This document shows positions 9,457 through 19,500 of a stretch of DNA of 64,000 nt, piece after piece. The notes under the pieces are model-generated. The model worked only from the letters and a program-made list of their open reading frames with translations, ran no database searches and was not told the origin of the DNA. The stretch lies in assembly GCA_964599625.1 (NCBI GenBank), contig CAZRGC010000003.1, forward strand, positions 97,759 to 161,758, given 5' to 3'. Numbering within the stretch: position 1 is the first letter of the stretch; each line of letters starts with the position of its first letter. The translations under genes were made by a program, and so were the position numbers. Source of the DNA: an uncultured Gammaproteobacteria bacterium. Its GTDB lineage: Bacteria; Patescibacteriota; Microgenomatia; UBA8517.

Positions 9457-11592
9457 ATGAAGCAAAGAAAAAGAATAACAAAACGGGGTTTCAAATTAAA
9501 ACTTAAGAAGGAAACTACTTTTTCTATTGCTCAGATTTTTTTCTTTATTTTTTCTGCTCTTATTTTGGTCTCTTTTTCAAAACAGGGCGCAATTCTTCGG
9601 GGTTTTAATGACTTTTTAACAAATTATTTTGGATGGTCTGCTGTGTTTTTGCCATTTATAACCCTGTCGTTTGCGTTTCTGGTGTCCAAAATTAAATTTC
9701 CTTTGGGTCAACCCAATGTTGTTGTCGGCGGACTTCTTTTTTTTGTTTCTGTGATGGCTTTGGGTAAGGCGGGGGCTTTGGGAGTGGGCTCCTGGGAGAT
9801 GATTGCCAGTTTGATATCTGGGTTTGGGGCTGGATTGGTTTTTTTCTGCTCGGCCTTTATTGGGTTAATAGTTCTTTTTAACACTTCAGTAGATGTTGTT
9901 TTTAAATATTTACAGGGACTTTTCAAGACAGCAAAAGGATATGTAAAAAGCGATACACAATTTAAAGTTAGCGGTTCCGGCATTAGTAAACCCTTAAGCA
10001 CGGGTCCTTTGAAAGTTGTTGGTGGTGGCGCTTCCCCAGCCATTAATTCGAATACTACGGTTACTCCTACAAAAACTACTGTACCCGCAGCCGTTCCTCA
10101 TGCTGCGCTTGAACAAAAGTTGGTGAGCAATGTTCCAGGCGAAGAGATGATTTGGAAATATCCGTCGGTAAATCTTCTTAGTGAAACGGACAATGGTAAA
10201 GCAGAGCGAGGAGATATCAAAGGCAACGCTGATACTATCGAGAAAACCCTGGACTCTTTTGGAATATCTGCGCGTGTTGTGGAAGTAAACCTTGGCCCTG
10301 CTGTCACACAGTATGCCCTAGAGGTGGCACTTGGAACCAAGCTTTCCAAAATAACCTCACTCGAACGTGATTTGGCATTGGCACTTTCCGCACCAACAGG
10401 AACTATAAGAATAGAGGCTCCAATTCCTGGGCGTAATTTAGTGGGAATTGAGCTTCCAAACCGATCTGCCGAGTTTGTGAGTCTAAGAAAAATGATGTCT
10501 TCTGATGAAATGCTGGGTCATAAATCTAAGCTCGCGGTTGCATTGGGTTTTGATGTTTCGGGTAAGCCTATTGTTGCAGATGTTGCCAGAATGCCCCATG
10601 TGCTTATTGCAGGACAAACAGGATCCGGAAAGTCTGTTTGTATAAACACTTTCCTTGCATCAATTCTTTTCAGAGCAGCACCAACCGAAGTAAAAATGAT
10701 ATTGGTTGACCCTAAGCGAGTAGAAATGACTGGTTACAATGGAATTCCCCATTTGTTGACCCCTGTTATAGTTGAGCCGGATAAAGTCATAAACGCTCTT
10801 AATTGGGTAATGGGGGAAATGGATAGAAGATACAAACAATTTGCCGAAGCAGGCGCCAGAAACATTGAGGCTTATAACGAGATGTCCGGTTTTCAAGCCC
10901 TGCCTTATATAGTTGTAGTTATCGACGAACTTGCTGATATTATGCTTTTTTCACCTGTTCAAGTTGAGGACGCCATTACCAGGATTGCACAAATGAGCCG
11001 TGCAACCGGGATACACATGGTCCTGGCAACTCAAAGGCCGTCTGTGGATGTCATTACCGGACTCATTAAAGCAAATGTACCAAGCAGGATTGCATTTGCC
11101 GTGTCGTCCCAAATTGACTCTCGTGTTATTTTGGATACACAAGGAGCAGAAAAGCTTTTGGGTAAAGGTGATATGCTTTATCTACCTCCGGAACAAGCTA
11201 AGCCGTTGAGAATTCAAGGGGCTTTCGTGAATGACAAAGAAATAAACGCTTTGGTATCGTTTATTAAAAATCAGGGAATTGAGCCGCACTACACCGAAGG
11301 TGTCACAACAAGTGTTAAGCCGGGCACTGTTGTAGTTCCGGGAGTTGAAGGAGGGGTTGATGATATGTTCAAAGAAGCGGTAAGGGTGGTGTGTCAATTT
11401 GATCGAGCAAGCGCGTCACTTTTGCAAAGAAAACTTTCAATTGGTTATTCAAGGGCAGCAAGAGTTATAGATCAGTTGGAAGCTGCGGGGGTGGTGGGCC
11501 CCTCTGATGGAACAAGTAAACCCAGAGAAGTATTGGTGCAAAATGCGGAAGAATTCCTTGCCTCATTCGGTGCTCAGCCAGCCCAAGGTTAG
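9457..11592 (+). CDS. ftsK: DNA translocase FtsK/SpoIIIE
   Basis: N-terminal TM helices, Walker A GQTGSGKSV, VVVIDELADIM, and a C-terminal gamma wHTH (LLQRKLSIGYSRAARVIDQLE). Confidence 0.9.
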   Translation: MKQRKRITKRGFKLKLKKETTFSIAQIFFFIFSALILVSFSKQGAILRGFNDFLTNYFGWSAVFLPFITLSFAFLVSKIKFPLGQPNVVVGGLLFFVSVMALGKAGALGVGSWEMIASLISGFGAGLVFFCSAFIGLIVLFNTSVDVVFKYLQGLFKTAKGYVKSDTQFKVSGSGISKPLSTGPLKVVGGGASPAINSNTTVTPTKTTVPAAVPHAALEQKLVSNVPGEEMIWKYPSVNLLSETDNGKAERGDIKGNADTIEKTLDSFGISARVVEVNLGPAVTQYALEVALGTKLSKITSLERDLALALSAPTGTIRIEAPIPGRNLVGIELPNRSAEFVSLRKMMSSDEMLGHKSKLAVALGFDVSGKPIVADVARMPHVLIAGQTGSGKSVCINTFLASILFRAAPTEVKMILVDPKRVEMTGYNGIPHLLTPVIVEPDKVINALNWVMGEMDRRYKQFAEAGARNIEAYNEMSGFQALPYIVVVIDELADIMLFSPVQVEDAITRIAQMSRATGIHMVLATQRPSVDVITGLIKANVPSRIAFAVSSQIDSRVILDTQGAEKLLGKGDMLYLPPEQAKPLRIQGAFVNDKEINALVSFIKNQGIEPHYTEGVTTSVKPGTVVVPGVEGGVDDMFKEAVRVVCQFDRASASLLQRKLSIGYSRAARVIDQLEAAGVVGPSDGTSKPREVLVQNAEEFLASFGAQPAQG

Positions 11593-11673
11593 TGTAATAA
11601 TATAAAATTCCGTTAGGAGATGTTAGGCGATTCGAAGAATCTCCAAAGATGAATTTTATATAAAACAAATTTT

Positions 11674-12303
11674 ATGAAAACAATTGGACAGATACTCAAA
11701 AATGCCCGTGTTGAAAAAAAACTTTCAATTGCTGATCTGGAAGACACCACAAAGATCAAGGAATCTTTTCTAAGATCGATCGAAAATGAAAACTGGTCGT
11801 CACTTCCCGCATTCCCAGTGGTACTGGGTTTTGTAAAGAGCATATCAGGTGTGTTGCATTTAAACGAAAACACAACGGTGGCAATTCTTAAAAGGGACTA
11901 CCCACCCAAGAAACTGACAATAAATCCAAGTCCGGATATTTCTGATAAAAAAATGGTGTGGGGTCCAAAGACGACTTTTTTTGCCGGTGTTTTTTTTGTG
12001 GTTCTTTTTGTTGTTGGGTATTTGGGTTACCAATACTACAAATTTGTTTCTCCACCAATGATAAGACTGGAAAGTCCCAAGGAGAATCAAATGATTTCAG
12101 GGAGTTCTGTTCTCGTGTTTGGTTCAACAGATACAGACGCCAAAATAACTGTAAACAACCAACCTGTTTTGGTTGATGACGGGGGTAAGTTCAAAGTAGA
12201 TCTTGGAGTGAGCAAAGCGACTCAGGAAGTTGTTGTGAAGGCCACGTCCCGTACTGGCAAAGAGAGTGTAGTTTCGCGTAAAATAAACGTAAGTCAAAAC
12301 TGA
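11674..12303 (+). CDS. rodZ: RodZ-like cytoskeleton-associated protein (HTH + TM)
   Basis: N-terminal XRE-type HTH (IGQILKNARVEKKLSIADLEDTTKIKESFLRSIE), one TM helix, and a beta-rich C-terminal domain. Confidence 0.6.
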   Translation: MKTIGQILKNARVEKKLSIADLEDTTKIKESFLRSIENENWSSLPAFPVVLGFVKSISGVLHLNENTTVAILKRDYPPKKLTINPSPDISDKKMVWGPKTTFFAGVFFVVLFVVGYLGYQYYKFVSPPMIRLESPKENQMISGSSVLVFGSTDTDAKITVNNQPVLVDDGGKFKVDLGVSKATQEVVVKATSRTGKESVVSRKINVSQN

Positions 12304-12306
12304 TAT

Positions 12307-12540
12307 ATGGACTCTGTTCAAACACTTTTAGTGATCGTAGTGATAAGCCTGACGTTGCTTTTGATGGTTGTGGGTGTTCAAGTGATGCTTATAATTTTTG
12401 ATCTTAGAAAGGCAATCAAAAGACTCAATAGTATTTTGGAAGACTCAATTTTGGGTGGAGGACTTATACGACCCGAAAAGCTGACTTCAGTTATGGAGAT
12501 CCTCAGGAAAAACAAGAAAATTGAGACTCACGGAGGATAG
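12307..12540 (+). CDS. small single-pass membrane protein
   Basis: 77 aa with the TM segment LLVIVVISLTLLLMVVGVQVMLIIF. Confidence 0.5.
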   Translation: MDSVQTLLVIVVISLTLLLMVVGVQVMLIIFDLRKAIKRLNSILEDSILGGGLIRPEKLTSVMEILRKNKKIETHGG

Positions 12541-12582
12541 GAGTATAATCTATAGGATAGTTTTCGTTTAGAGGAGTGAACC

Positions 12583-12936
12583 TTGAACATAAGATTACCC
12601 TACTGGATTACAGGGATTGCCTGGATCCTTATATTTATCTACCTGGGATACAACAACATCAACTACCTTTCCGGGCGCCCTAACACATATTTTGGCGGTG
12701 TCGAGGCCATGATTCTCGTCATGGGTGGTGTTGGTCTTGTTTTTTCGGTCTTTCAATTTAAGTATGGGCTTTTGGGAGTTGGCATCCTGATGCTGGTGTT
12801 CGCTGTATGTGGCGGGCTTGCGACAATTATCACATCGGTGAACCTGGAATACATGGTGCAGTATTTGAAAGGTTTGTCCTTTCTGGCTCACACCTCCCTT
12901 CCCAATTTTGTGGTTCTTTTTGACAAAGAAAGTTAA
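12583..12936 (+). CDS. small multi-pass membrane protein (TTG start)
   Basis: 117 aa with 3-4 hydrophobic segments. AGAGGAG lies about 6-7 nt upstream of the TTG. An intrinsic terminator follows. Confidence 0.5.
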   Translation: MNIRLPYWITGIAWILIFIYLGYNNINYLSGRPNTYFGGVEAMILVMGGVGLVFSVFQFKYGLLGVGILMLVFAVCGGLATIITSVNLEYMVQYLKGLSFLAHTSLPNFVVLFDKES

Positions 12937-12941
12937 GGCCT

Positions 12942-12979
12942 AACCGCGACGACAAAAAACCGTCGCGGTTATTTTTTTT
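12942..12979 (+). terminator. rho-independent terminator
   Basis: AACCGCGACG (12942-12951) pairs perfectly with CGTCGCGGTT (12961-12970). A T8 run follows at 12972-12979. Confidence 0.85.
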
Positions 12980-13003
12980 GACCAAATGCGATATACTTTA
13001 CGC

Positions 13004-14815
13004 ATGACGACGAAGGAAATAAGAGAAAAATATTTAGAATTTTATAAAAAACAAAACCATAAGATTATTGCTCCATCTCCGTTGGTTTTGGAAAACGACC
13101 CAACAACGCTGTTTACTTCGTCCGGAATGCAACAAATGATCCCCTACTTAAAAGGTGAGACGCATCCTCTGGGAAAAAGACTTGTTGATTCGCAGCCGTC
13201 ACTCAGGCTGCAAGATTTGGAAGAAGTTGGAGATAATCGTCATACGACTTTTTTTGAAATGCTTGGTAATTGGAGTTTGGGTGATTACTTTAAAGACGAA
13301 CAACTCAATTGGATCTGGCAGTTTTTTACAAAGGAGCTTGGGCTTAATCCCGACAGACTTTACGTGTCATGTTTTGCCGGAAACGAGAGTGTTGCAAAAG
13401 ATGAGGAATCATACGAAATTTGGAAAAAAATTGGTGTTCCCGAAAATCACATTCATTTTTATGATGCCAAAAAAAACTGGTGGAGCAGAGCAGGTGGGCC
13501 CGACCAAATGCCTGCTGGTGAAGTGGGTGGACCAGATAGTGAAGTCTTTTTTGAATTTGAGAATGTGTCCCACAACCCAGAATTTGGCAAATTTTGTCAT
13601 CCGAACTGCGACTGTGGAAAATTCATGGAGATTGCCAACTCAGTTTTTATGCAGTTTAAAAAAGAGAGTAGCGGGAGTTTGAGCGAGCTGCCTCAGAAGA
13701 ATGTCGACTTTGGGGGAGGTCTCGAAAGAATCTCGGCTGCTTTAAACAATGATCCTGATATTTTTAAAATAGACATTTTTGACTCAATTGTTAAGAAGAT
13801 TGAAAAAGAAGTTGGTGCAGAGTACGGAACTGACGAAAAGAAGACAAAGAGTTTCAGGGTTATAGCGGATCATCTTCGTGCTTCCTGCAATCTTCTTTCG
13901 GAGGGCGTCATTCCTTCCAACAAGCTCCAAGGTTATGTGCTTAGGCGTTTGGTTAGACGGGCGATGTTTCACTTTCACTTGTTGGGAAGCGGAATTTCTG
14001 GGAGTGCAGTCTCATCCATCGCTGAAAGCCTTAGAAATGAGTATCCAATTATCGATAAAAACTGGCAAGTTGTATCAGAAAACTTGACTATAGAGGCAAC
14101 AAAGTTTGAATCTGCTCTCAAACGGGGTCTTGCCAAATTGACTAAGGGGGTTTCCGGTGGCAAAAACATTGACGGTAAGTTTGCATTTGACTTGTATCAA
14201 ACAGAGGGTTTTCCTCTTGAGCTTACGCTTGAGATTTTGACTCAAAACGGAATGCAGTTTAGTGACAACGAGAAGAATAATTTTGCATCGGAATTTGAAA
14301 AACATAAAGAAAACTCAAGAACAACAAGTGCCGGAATGTTTAAAGGTGGTTTGGAAAGTAAGAGCGATGAGACAATCACCAAGTTGCATACTGCGACACA
14401 TCTTTTGCATGCATCGCTGAGAAAGGTATTGGGAGAACATGTTTCCCAAAAAGGAAGCCATATTACGAAAGAAAGATTGAGATTTGATTTTTCTCACCAA
14501 TCTAAACTTACTCAAGAACAGATAAAAGAAATTGAAAATCTTATAAACGAACAAATTAAAAAAGATTTACCTGTGTCTTTTGAGATGAAAACTCTTGATG
14601 AGGCGATTACAGAAGGCGCTTTGCATTTTTTTGCGGAGAGATATGGGAGTGAGGTTAAAGTCTATACGATTGGTGACCCTAAGGGTGATTATTTTTCTAA
14701 AGAAATATGTGGCGGTCCCCATGTTGCCCACACTGGCGAGGTTGGTAATATTAGTATAATAAAGCAAGAGAGCATTGGTTCAGGAACAATTAGGATTTAT
14801 GCGTCTATAACCTGA
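13004..14815 (+). CDS. alaS: alanine--tRNA ligase, short form lacking the C-Ala domain
   Basis: N-terminus MTTKEIREKYLEFYKKQNHKIIAPSPLV, FTSSGMQQ, HTTFFEMLGNWSLGDYFK, and editing-site motifs HTATHLLH and CGGPHV. An alternative upstream ATG lies at 12986. Confidence 0.9.
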   Translation: MTTKEIREKYLEFYKKQNHKIIAPSPLVLENDPTTLFTSSGMQQMIPYLKGETHPLGKRLVDSQPSLRLQDLEEVGDNRHTTFFEMLGNWSLGDYFKDEQLNWIWQFFTKELGLNPDRLYVSCFAGNESVAKDEESYEIWKKIGVPENHIHFYDAKKNWWSRAGGPDQMPAGEVGGPDSEVFFEFENVSHNPEFGKFCHPNCDCGKFMEIANSVFMQFKKESSGSLSELPQKNVDFGGGLERISAALNNDPDIFKIDIFDSIVKKIEKEVGAEYGTDEKKTKSFRVIADHLRASCNLLSEGVIPSNKLQGYVLRRLVRRAMFHFHLLGSGISGSAVSSIAESLRNEYPIIDKNWQVVSENLTIEATKFESALKRGLAKLTKGVSGGKNIDGKFAFDLYQTEGFPLELTLEILTQNGMQFSDNEKNNFASEFEKHKENSRTTSAGMFKGGLESKSDETITKLHTATHLLHASLRKVLGEHVSQKGSHITKERLRFDFSHQSKLTQEQIKEIENLINEQIKKDLPVSFEMKTLDEAITEGALHFFAERYGSEVKVYTIGDPKGDYFSKEICGGPHVAHTGEVGNISIIKQESIGSGTIRIYASIT

Positions 14816-14878
14816 TATTATATAGTCATATTAAAACAAGATATCAGTTTTGTTTTGCTATAAATAGCTGCCCAAAAG

Positions 14879-17107
14879 ATGAATTTAAAAGATTTTTTGT
14901 CCAACAAAGGAAAACCACCCGAACTCTATTGGTCGTTGGTATTGGAAGACGGTTGGGTTCAAGCCGGTATTTGGTATATAGATCAGTCTGTTGCGCAGGT
15001 TGTTGGAACAAGTCCCGCAGCAGCATGGGAAGTCAAAGAAGAATTGGTTGGAGCAACTGATTCAGCTTTGTCTTCGGCGATTCAAAGACTTCCGGAGGAT
15101 TACCCCGAACCCAACAAGACAGTGTTTGGCGTTCCTTCTTCATGGGTCAAAAACGGCGAGATCGACGAAGATCATTTGAGGTTGATTAAAAAAATTTGTT
15201 CAGAACTATCATTGATACCTGTGGGTTTTGTTGTGCTTCCTGAAGCAATTGCACATCTTTACAAGTCTGAAGAAGGGGCGCCTGTTAATGCGATAGTAAT
15301 GGGAATAGGGAGAGAGAATTTGGAAATTGCAGTGTTTTCTTTGGGTAATCTGTTGGGTACAACTCAGGTTGCCAGAAGTGTGTCTTTAATCGATGATGTT
15401 ACCGAGGGGCTATCCAGATTTGAAAGCTCTTCACCGCTCCCGTCTAGGTTTATTCTTTTTGACGGAAAAGGGGGAGAGTTGGAGGATGCTAAAGACCAAA
15501 TCCTAAAAAATCGTTGGGAAGAGAGTGAAAGAGTCAAATTTTTACACACACCAAAAGCTGAAATATTGCTCCCCGAAAGGAAAGTTTTGGCAACGTCTTT
15601 GGCGGGTGCAAACGAAATTGCAGATGTCTCAAAAGTTGAAACTCAAGACCAAAAAGAAGTTATCGAAGGTCCCTATACGGAGAACATCCCACCCGAAACA
15701 GCAAATGTCCAGGAAACAAACGAAGTTACACCTGAAGACCTTGGTTTTTCTTTGGATTCCGACGTGAGTTTGAACAAACAGGTTGAACCTGATGTTGTAA
15801 AAGCTTTTGAAAAACCGCCGGCTACTGAGCACGTGCAGCCCACGATTCACCGTCAATCTCCTGTTTTTGAACATAAGCCAAAAATTAACCTTAAAGAAAT
15901 GTTCAATAAAGTGAAAACAAAAGCATCGGCTTTGCTGAAAAGACTTTCGTTTTCGGCAAAAATCTCTTCTGCCAGACATGGAGTGATGAAGCCGGTGTAT
16001 CTGGTTGTTCTTGTGCTTGTTTTGGCAGGACTAGGGGCGCTTTGGTGGTTTGTACCCAAAGCGGAAGTAGTTGTATATGTTAGGCCTCAAATAGTTCAGG
16101 AAGAAACAGAAGTTGTATTTACAACTAGTGGCCAGGGTGACATAAATTCGGGGTTGGTTGCTGCCAAATCCGTGACCTCTAATGTTAGCGGCGAAAAGAC
16201 GAAGTCGGCAACTGGAAGCAAACTTGTCGGTGACAAAGCCAAGGGTACAGTACAAATTCAAAACGGCACAGCATTTCCAATCAATCTGACTGCCGGAACT
16301 TTTTTGGTGTCGTCGGGTAATTTAAAATTCGAACTTGATCAGGCAGCCTCAGTCTCTGCTGCGCTGTCCCCGACTTCGCCGGGAACGGCTAGCTTGTCTG
16401 TGACGGCGGGTTCGATAGGCGCGGAATACAATTTGGCAAAAAGTGAAGTATTCAAGGTAGGCAATTATCCCAAAGCCGAGGTTGATGCCACATCAATAAC
16501 CGACTTTGCAGGAGGAAGCTCCAGACAGATTTCAGCCGTAAGCAAAGTGGATATTGAAACATTGCAAACTTCACTTAAAGAGGAGCTAGTACAAAAAGCA
16601 AAGGAAGATTTATCGTCTAAGGTTTTAGACGGCCAAGTGTTGGTTTCTGATTTTGTTTCAAGCGATGTTGCATCCGAAACATTTGATCACAAACAGGGTG
16701 AAGAAGCCAACAACGTTAAGTTAAATATGGAGATTGCTGCCAATGCGCTTGTGGCCGACAAGAACAATTTATATGATTTTGCATCAAAAGTTCTGACTGA
16801 CAAAAAACCGGAGGGTTTTGTTTTAAGAAACGAACAAATAAAGTTCGAGTTTAGTTTTGTGGAACAAAAAGACGAGGGTTATGTTTACAAGGTAAAAATC
16901 AATGCAAATTTCCTACCTTCATTTTCTGAGAAGGACATAGTAGATAAAATTATTGGAAAGAACCGGGCAACCGCAAAAAATTATCTGTCGAGTATTCCTG
17001 GCTTCGTAAGGGTGGAACTGAAAATCAATCCGCCTTATCCGTTTATATTTAACAGCCTTCCAAGAGTTAGAAAAAACATTGATATTACAGTTGAGGCAGA
17101 CAGGTAG
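14879..17107 (+). CDS. membrane-anchored protein: divergent FtsA/PilM-like actin-fold N-domain, TM helix, beta-rich extracytoplasmic domain
   Basis: 742 aa. The N-terminal pattern (VFGVPSSW..LIPVGFVVLPEAIAHLY..AIVMGIGRENLEIAVF) resembles an actin-like ATPase. The TM segment is VYLVVLVLVLAGLGALWWFV. The C-terminal region has repeated G.a.G.v patterns reminiscent of baseplate-J-like proteins (weak). Confidence 0.35.
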   Translation: MNLKDFLSNKGKPPELYWSLVLEDGWVQAGIWYIDQSVAQVVGTSPAAAWEVKEELVGATDSALSSAIQRLPEDYPEPNKTVFGVPSSWVKNGEIDEDHLRLIKKICSELSLIPVGFVVLPEAIAHLYKSEEGAPVNAIVMGIGRENLEIAVFSLGNLLGTTQVARSVSLIDDVTEGLSRFESSSPLPSRFILFDGKGGELEDAKDQILKNRWEESERVKFLHTPKAEILLPERKVLATSLAGANEIADVSKVETQDQKEVIEGPYTENIPPETANVQETNEVTPEDLGFSLDSDVSLNKQVEPDVVKAFEKPPATEHVQPTIHRQSPVFEHKPKINLKEMFNKVKTKASALLKRLSFSAKISSARHGVMKPVYLVVLVLVLAGLGALWWFVPKAEVVVYVRPQIVQEETEVVFTTSGQGDINSGLVAAKSVTSNVSGEKTKSATGSKLVGDKAKGTVQIQNGTAFPINLTAGTFLVSSGNLKFELDQAASVSAALSPTSPGTASLSVTAGSIGAEYNLAKSEVFKVGNYPKAEVDATSITDFAGGSSRQISAVSKVDIETLQTSLKEELVQKAKEDLSSKVLDGQVLVSDFVSSDVASETFDHKQGEEANNVKLNMEIAANALVADKNNLYDFASKVLTDKKPEGFVLRNEQIKFEFSFVEQKDEGYVYKVKINANFLPSFSEKDIVDKIIGKNRATAKNYLSSIPGFVRVELKINPPYPFIFNSLPRVRKNIDITVEADR

Positions 17108-17145
17108 CACTTAACTTCATCCAAATAATTGTTTATATTTGTGAG

Positions 17146-17826
17146 ATGGATCAACGTACAGTTCTTAGAATATCGGCAATAATCTCAGGTATATCAGGGG
17201 TAATAATACTGGTTGGAGTTTTTTATCCAATAATTTCATACAATTCATCAAAAACCATACCACTCGTTGCACCCGTAACCGAAGAAAATTCCGGTAACCC
17301 TGTTGTTGAAGGTTATCAAACCACACAAAGTTTGGACTACACCCAGGCCAGCAATTGGTTTCAGGGTGGTAATGTTACCAAGAGTGACTTTATTTCTTCG
17401 AAAATTGAATACTACACAATAACCATCCCCAAACTGAAAATTGACTCTGCAACTGTGGCAATTGGTGGAGAGGATTTAAGCAGCCACCTTATACAGTATC
17501 CCGGAACCGCCGTACCGGGAAAAAGGGGAAACTCAGCGATTTTTGGACATTCTATTTTGCCAATTTTTTACAACCCCAAAAATTATCTTGCAATATTTTC
17601 ACTTCTGCCAACCCTTAAGAAAGGTGACGAGATTTTCATCAACTACGACGGTATAGCCTACACTTATAAGGTTGAGTCCATGTTTGAAGTTCTTCCAACA
17701 GACATTCAAGTTCTTGACCAGGATTCCTCTGACTCATTTTTGACACTTGTCACATGCGTACCTCCGGGAGACCCAGGACAACCAAGGAGGCTTGTTGTTA
17801 GGGCAAGAGTTGTTCCGCCTACTTAA
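17146..17826 (+). CDS. sortase family transpeptidase
   Basis: N-terminal TM anchor, catalytic His (AIFGHS), the TLVTC motif, and a conserved Arg (RLVVRA). Confidence 0.85.
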   Translation: MDQRTVLRISAIISGISGVIILVGVFYPIISYNSSKTIPLVAPVTEENSGNPVVEGYQTTQSLDYTQASNWFQGGNVTKSDFISSKIEYYTITIPKLKIDSATVAIGGEDLSSHLIQYPGTAVPGKRGNSAIFGHSILPIFYNPKNYLAIFSLLPTLKKGDEIFINYDGIAYTYKVESMFEVLPTDIQVLDQDSSDSFLTLVTCVPPGDPGQPRRLVVRARVVPPT

Positions 17827-18219
17827 ATGAAAATCATCGGAATAGATTACGGAAGAAAAAAAATAGGAGTGGCACTTTCTATAAACGGATTTGTGGAGCC
17901 AATCAAGGTGTTGCATCTTTCCAACTACCAAGATGGTTTGCAAAAAATAAGAAGCGTGGTTGAATCCGAGAGTCCAGAAAAGATTGTCGTGGGTGTTTCT
18001 GAGGGCGAAATGGGCCTTGAGATAGAAGATTTTGCTGATGACTTGGCAGAAATGCTCAGTCCAACTCAGATTGAACTTTTTGATGAGACCCTCTCTACAA
18101 AAGATGCTAACTTTATTGCCAGGGAATCTGGTGTCGGACGTAAAAAGCTAAAAGAGATGGAAGATGCCTATGCGGCTACGATAATGCTCCAAAACTATTT
18201 AGACTCAAGCGTCTCGTAG
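17827..18219 (+). CDS. ruvX: YqgF/RuvX-type putative pre-16S rRNA nuclease / Holliday junction resolvase-like protein
   Basis: MKIIGIDYGRKKIGVALS N-terminus, 130 aa, and a C-terminal AAATIMLQNYL. Confidence 0.8.
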   Translation: MKIIGIDYGRKKIGVALSINGFVEPIKVLHLSNYQDGLQKIRSVVESESPEKIVVGVSEGEMGLEIEDFADDLAEMLSPTQIELFDETLSTKDANFIARESGVGRKKLKEMEDAYAATIMLQNYLDSSVS

Positions 18220-18273
18220 TTTGCCAATTCTTGGCTGGTCCTAAAAAAGATAGTTTGGATTTGTCGAAAAAGG

Positions 18274-18300
18274 TTGACACGCCAGCCTTCGTGTTATACT
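18274..18300 (+). promoter_or_regulatory. sigma70-like promoter
   Basis: TTGACA (18274-18279), a 15-nt spacer, then TGT-TATACT (18295-18300). It overlaps the TTG start proposed by the ORF track, which argues for the ATG at 18313. Confidence 0.4.
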
Positions 18301-18312
18301 TTTATTACACAA

Positions 18313-18507
18313 ATGTTTAAAACAGTTATAGCACCAATACAGGCTTGGTTGATGAGTCAAGGAAGATGTGTGGGTTGTGGAACTGAACTTTCGGAAGGAA
18401 CAACCAAAAGTACAAGATTTGGTGAACAGGTTACCTGCAAAAAATGCGGTAGGATTTTTATCAAGAAAGACGGAAAATACCGCAGGGCCCTTCTTGAAGA
18501 GGTTTGA
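18313..18507 (+). CDS. small zinc-ribbon protein
   Basis: 64 aa from the ATG, with CVGC..x..CKKC (CxxC-x20-CxxC). Confidence 0.5.
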   Translation: MFKTVIAPIQAWLMSQGRCVGCGTELSEGTTKSTRFGEQVTCKKCGRIFIKKDGKYRRALLEEV

Positions 18508-18515
18508 TTTTTTAA

Positions 18516-19487
18516 ATGAAAAAGCTACTTTACGTTCCTTTGTTTCTCTTGTTGCTTGCTTTGGGAATTTTTGCCTGGTTTTACTCAGTAATTAAACCCG
18601 TGGCATCAACCAAAGAGTTCACAACTTTTGTAATCAATAGGGGCCAGTCTGCAGGTCAAATTGCTCAAAATTTGGAAAGTTCTGGGATTATAAGAAGTGC
18701 TTTGGCTTTCAAAGTTTATCTTCAATTCACAAATCAGTCTGGAAAAATTCAAACGGGTGAATTTAGACTTTCGCCGGGACTTTCGCTGTTCGAAGTTGTT
18801 GATGCATTGCAAAAAGGACCATTGGAAATTTGGGTCACAATACCCGAAGGACTAAGAAGAGAAGAGGTGGCTTCAAGATTTGCAGATACTCTTGGAAAAG
18901 ATCAGCTGTTTGTCGACGAATTTTTGAGTCTGACTGAGGGCAAAGAAGGAATGCTTTTTCCTGACACATATCTGTTTCCTAAAGAAGCGTCTGCGTCATC
19001 AATTGTTAAAAAGTTGTTGAGCAATTTTGATGCCAAAACCCAAGGTTTGTCTTCCGCAACCAACCTTAACCCTAACCAAGTACTAACATTGGCATCCCTG
19101 ATCGAGAGAGAGACAAAAAAAGGCAGTGAAAGAGAAATTGTTGCGGGAATACTTTTGAAACGCATGGAAGCGGGTTGGCCCCTGCAGGTTGATGCTGCCG
19201 TTCAGTATGCAGTTGCAGATAAAAAGTCGGGAGGAAAGTCTTTGGATAATTGGTGGCCGATATTAACCAGAGATGACTTGGGAATAGATTCACCATACAA
19301 TACTTACAGGTTTCAGGGCCTACCACCGGCACCAATTGCAAACCCAGGGTTGACCGCAATTAAAGCTGCTTATAGTCCCCAAGACTCAGAATATTGGTAC
19401 TATATACATGACAACTCAGGTGTAATCCACTACGGCAGGACACTTGAAGAGCACAACCAAAACATTGCAAAGTACTTGGGGAAATGA
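18516..19487 (+). CDS. mltG: endolytic murein transglycosylase MltG (YceG family)
   Basis: N-terminal TM, LASLIERETKK, and SPYNTYRFQGLPPAPIANPG. Confidence 0.9.
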   Translation: MKKLLYVPLFLLLLALGIFAWFYSVIKPVASTKEFTTFVINRGQSAGQIAQNLESSGIIRSALAFKVYLQFTNQSGKIQTGEFRLSPGLSLFEVVDALQKGPLEIWVTIPEGLRREEVASRFADTLGKDQLFVDEFLSLTEGKEGMLFPDTYLFPKEASASSIVKKLLSNFDAKTQGLSSATNLNPNQVLTLASLIERETKKGSEREIVAGILLKRMEAGWPLQVDAAVQYAVADKKSGGKSLDNWWPILTRDDLGIDSPYNTYRFQGLPPAPIANPGLTAIKAAYSPQDSEYWYYIHDNSGVIHYGRTLEEHNQNIAKYLGK

Positions 19488-19500
19488 TCTATATTACCTG

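Noticed and set aside
13155-13682. A 175-aa + strand ORF in an alternative frame of alaS.
   Set aside because: It lies fully inside the well-supported AlaRS frame and has no conserved text or start signals.
18274-18312. A TTG start at 18274 for the small zinc-ribbon protein.
   Set aside because: The TTG is the first half of a TTGACA -35 box with a properly placed extended -10. The ATG at 18313 gives a sensible 64-aa protein.
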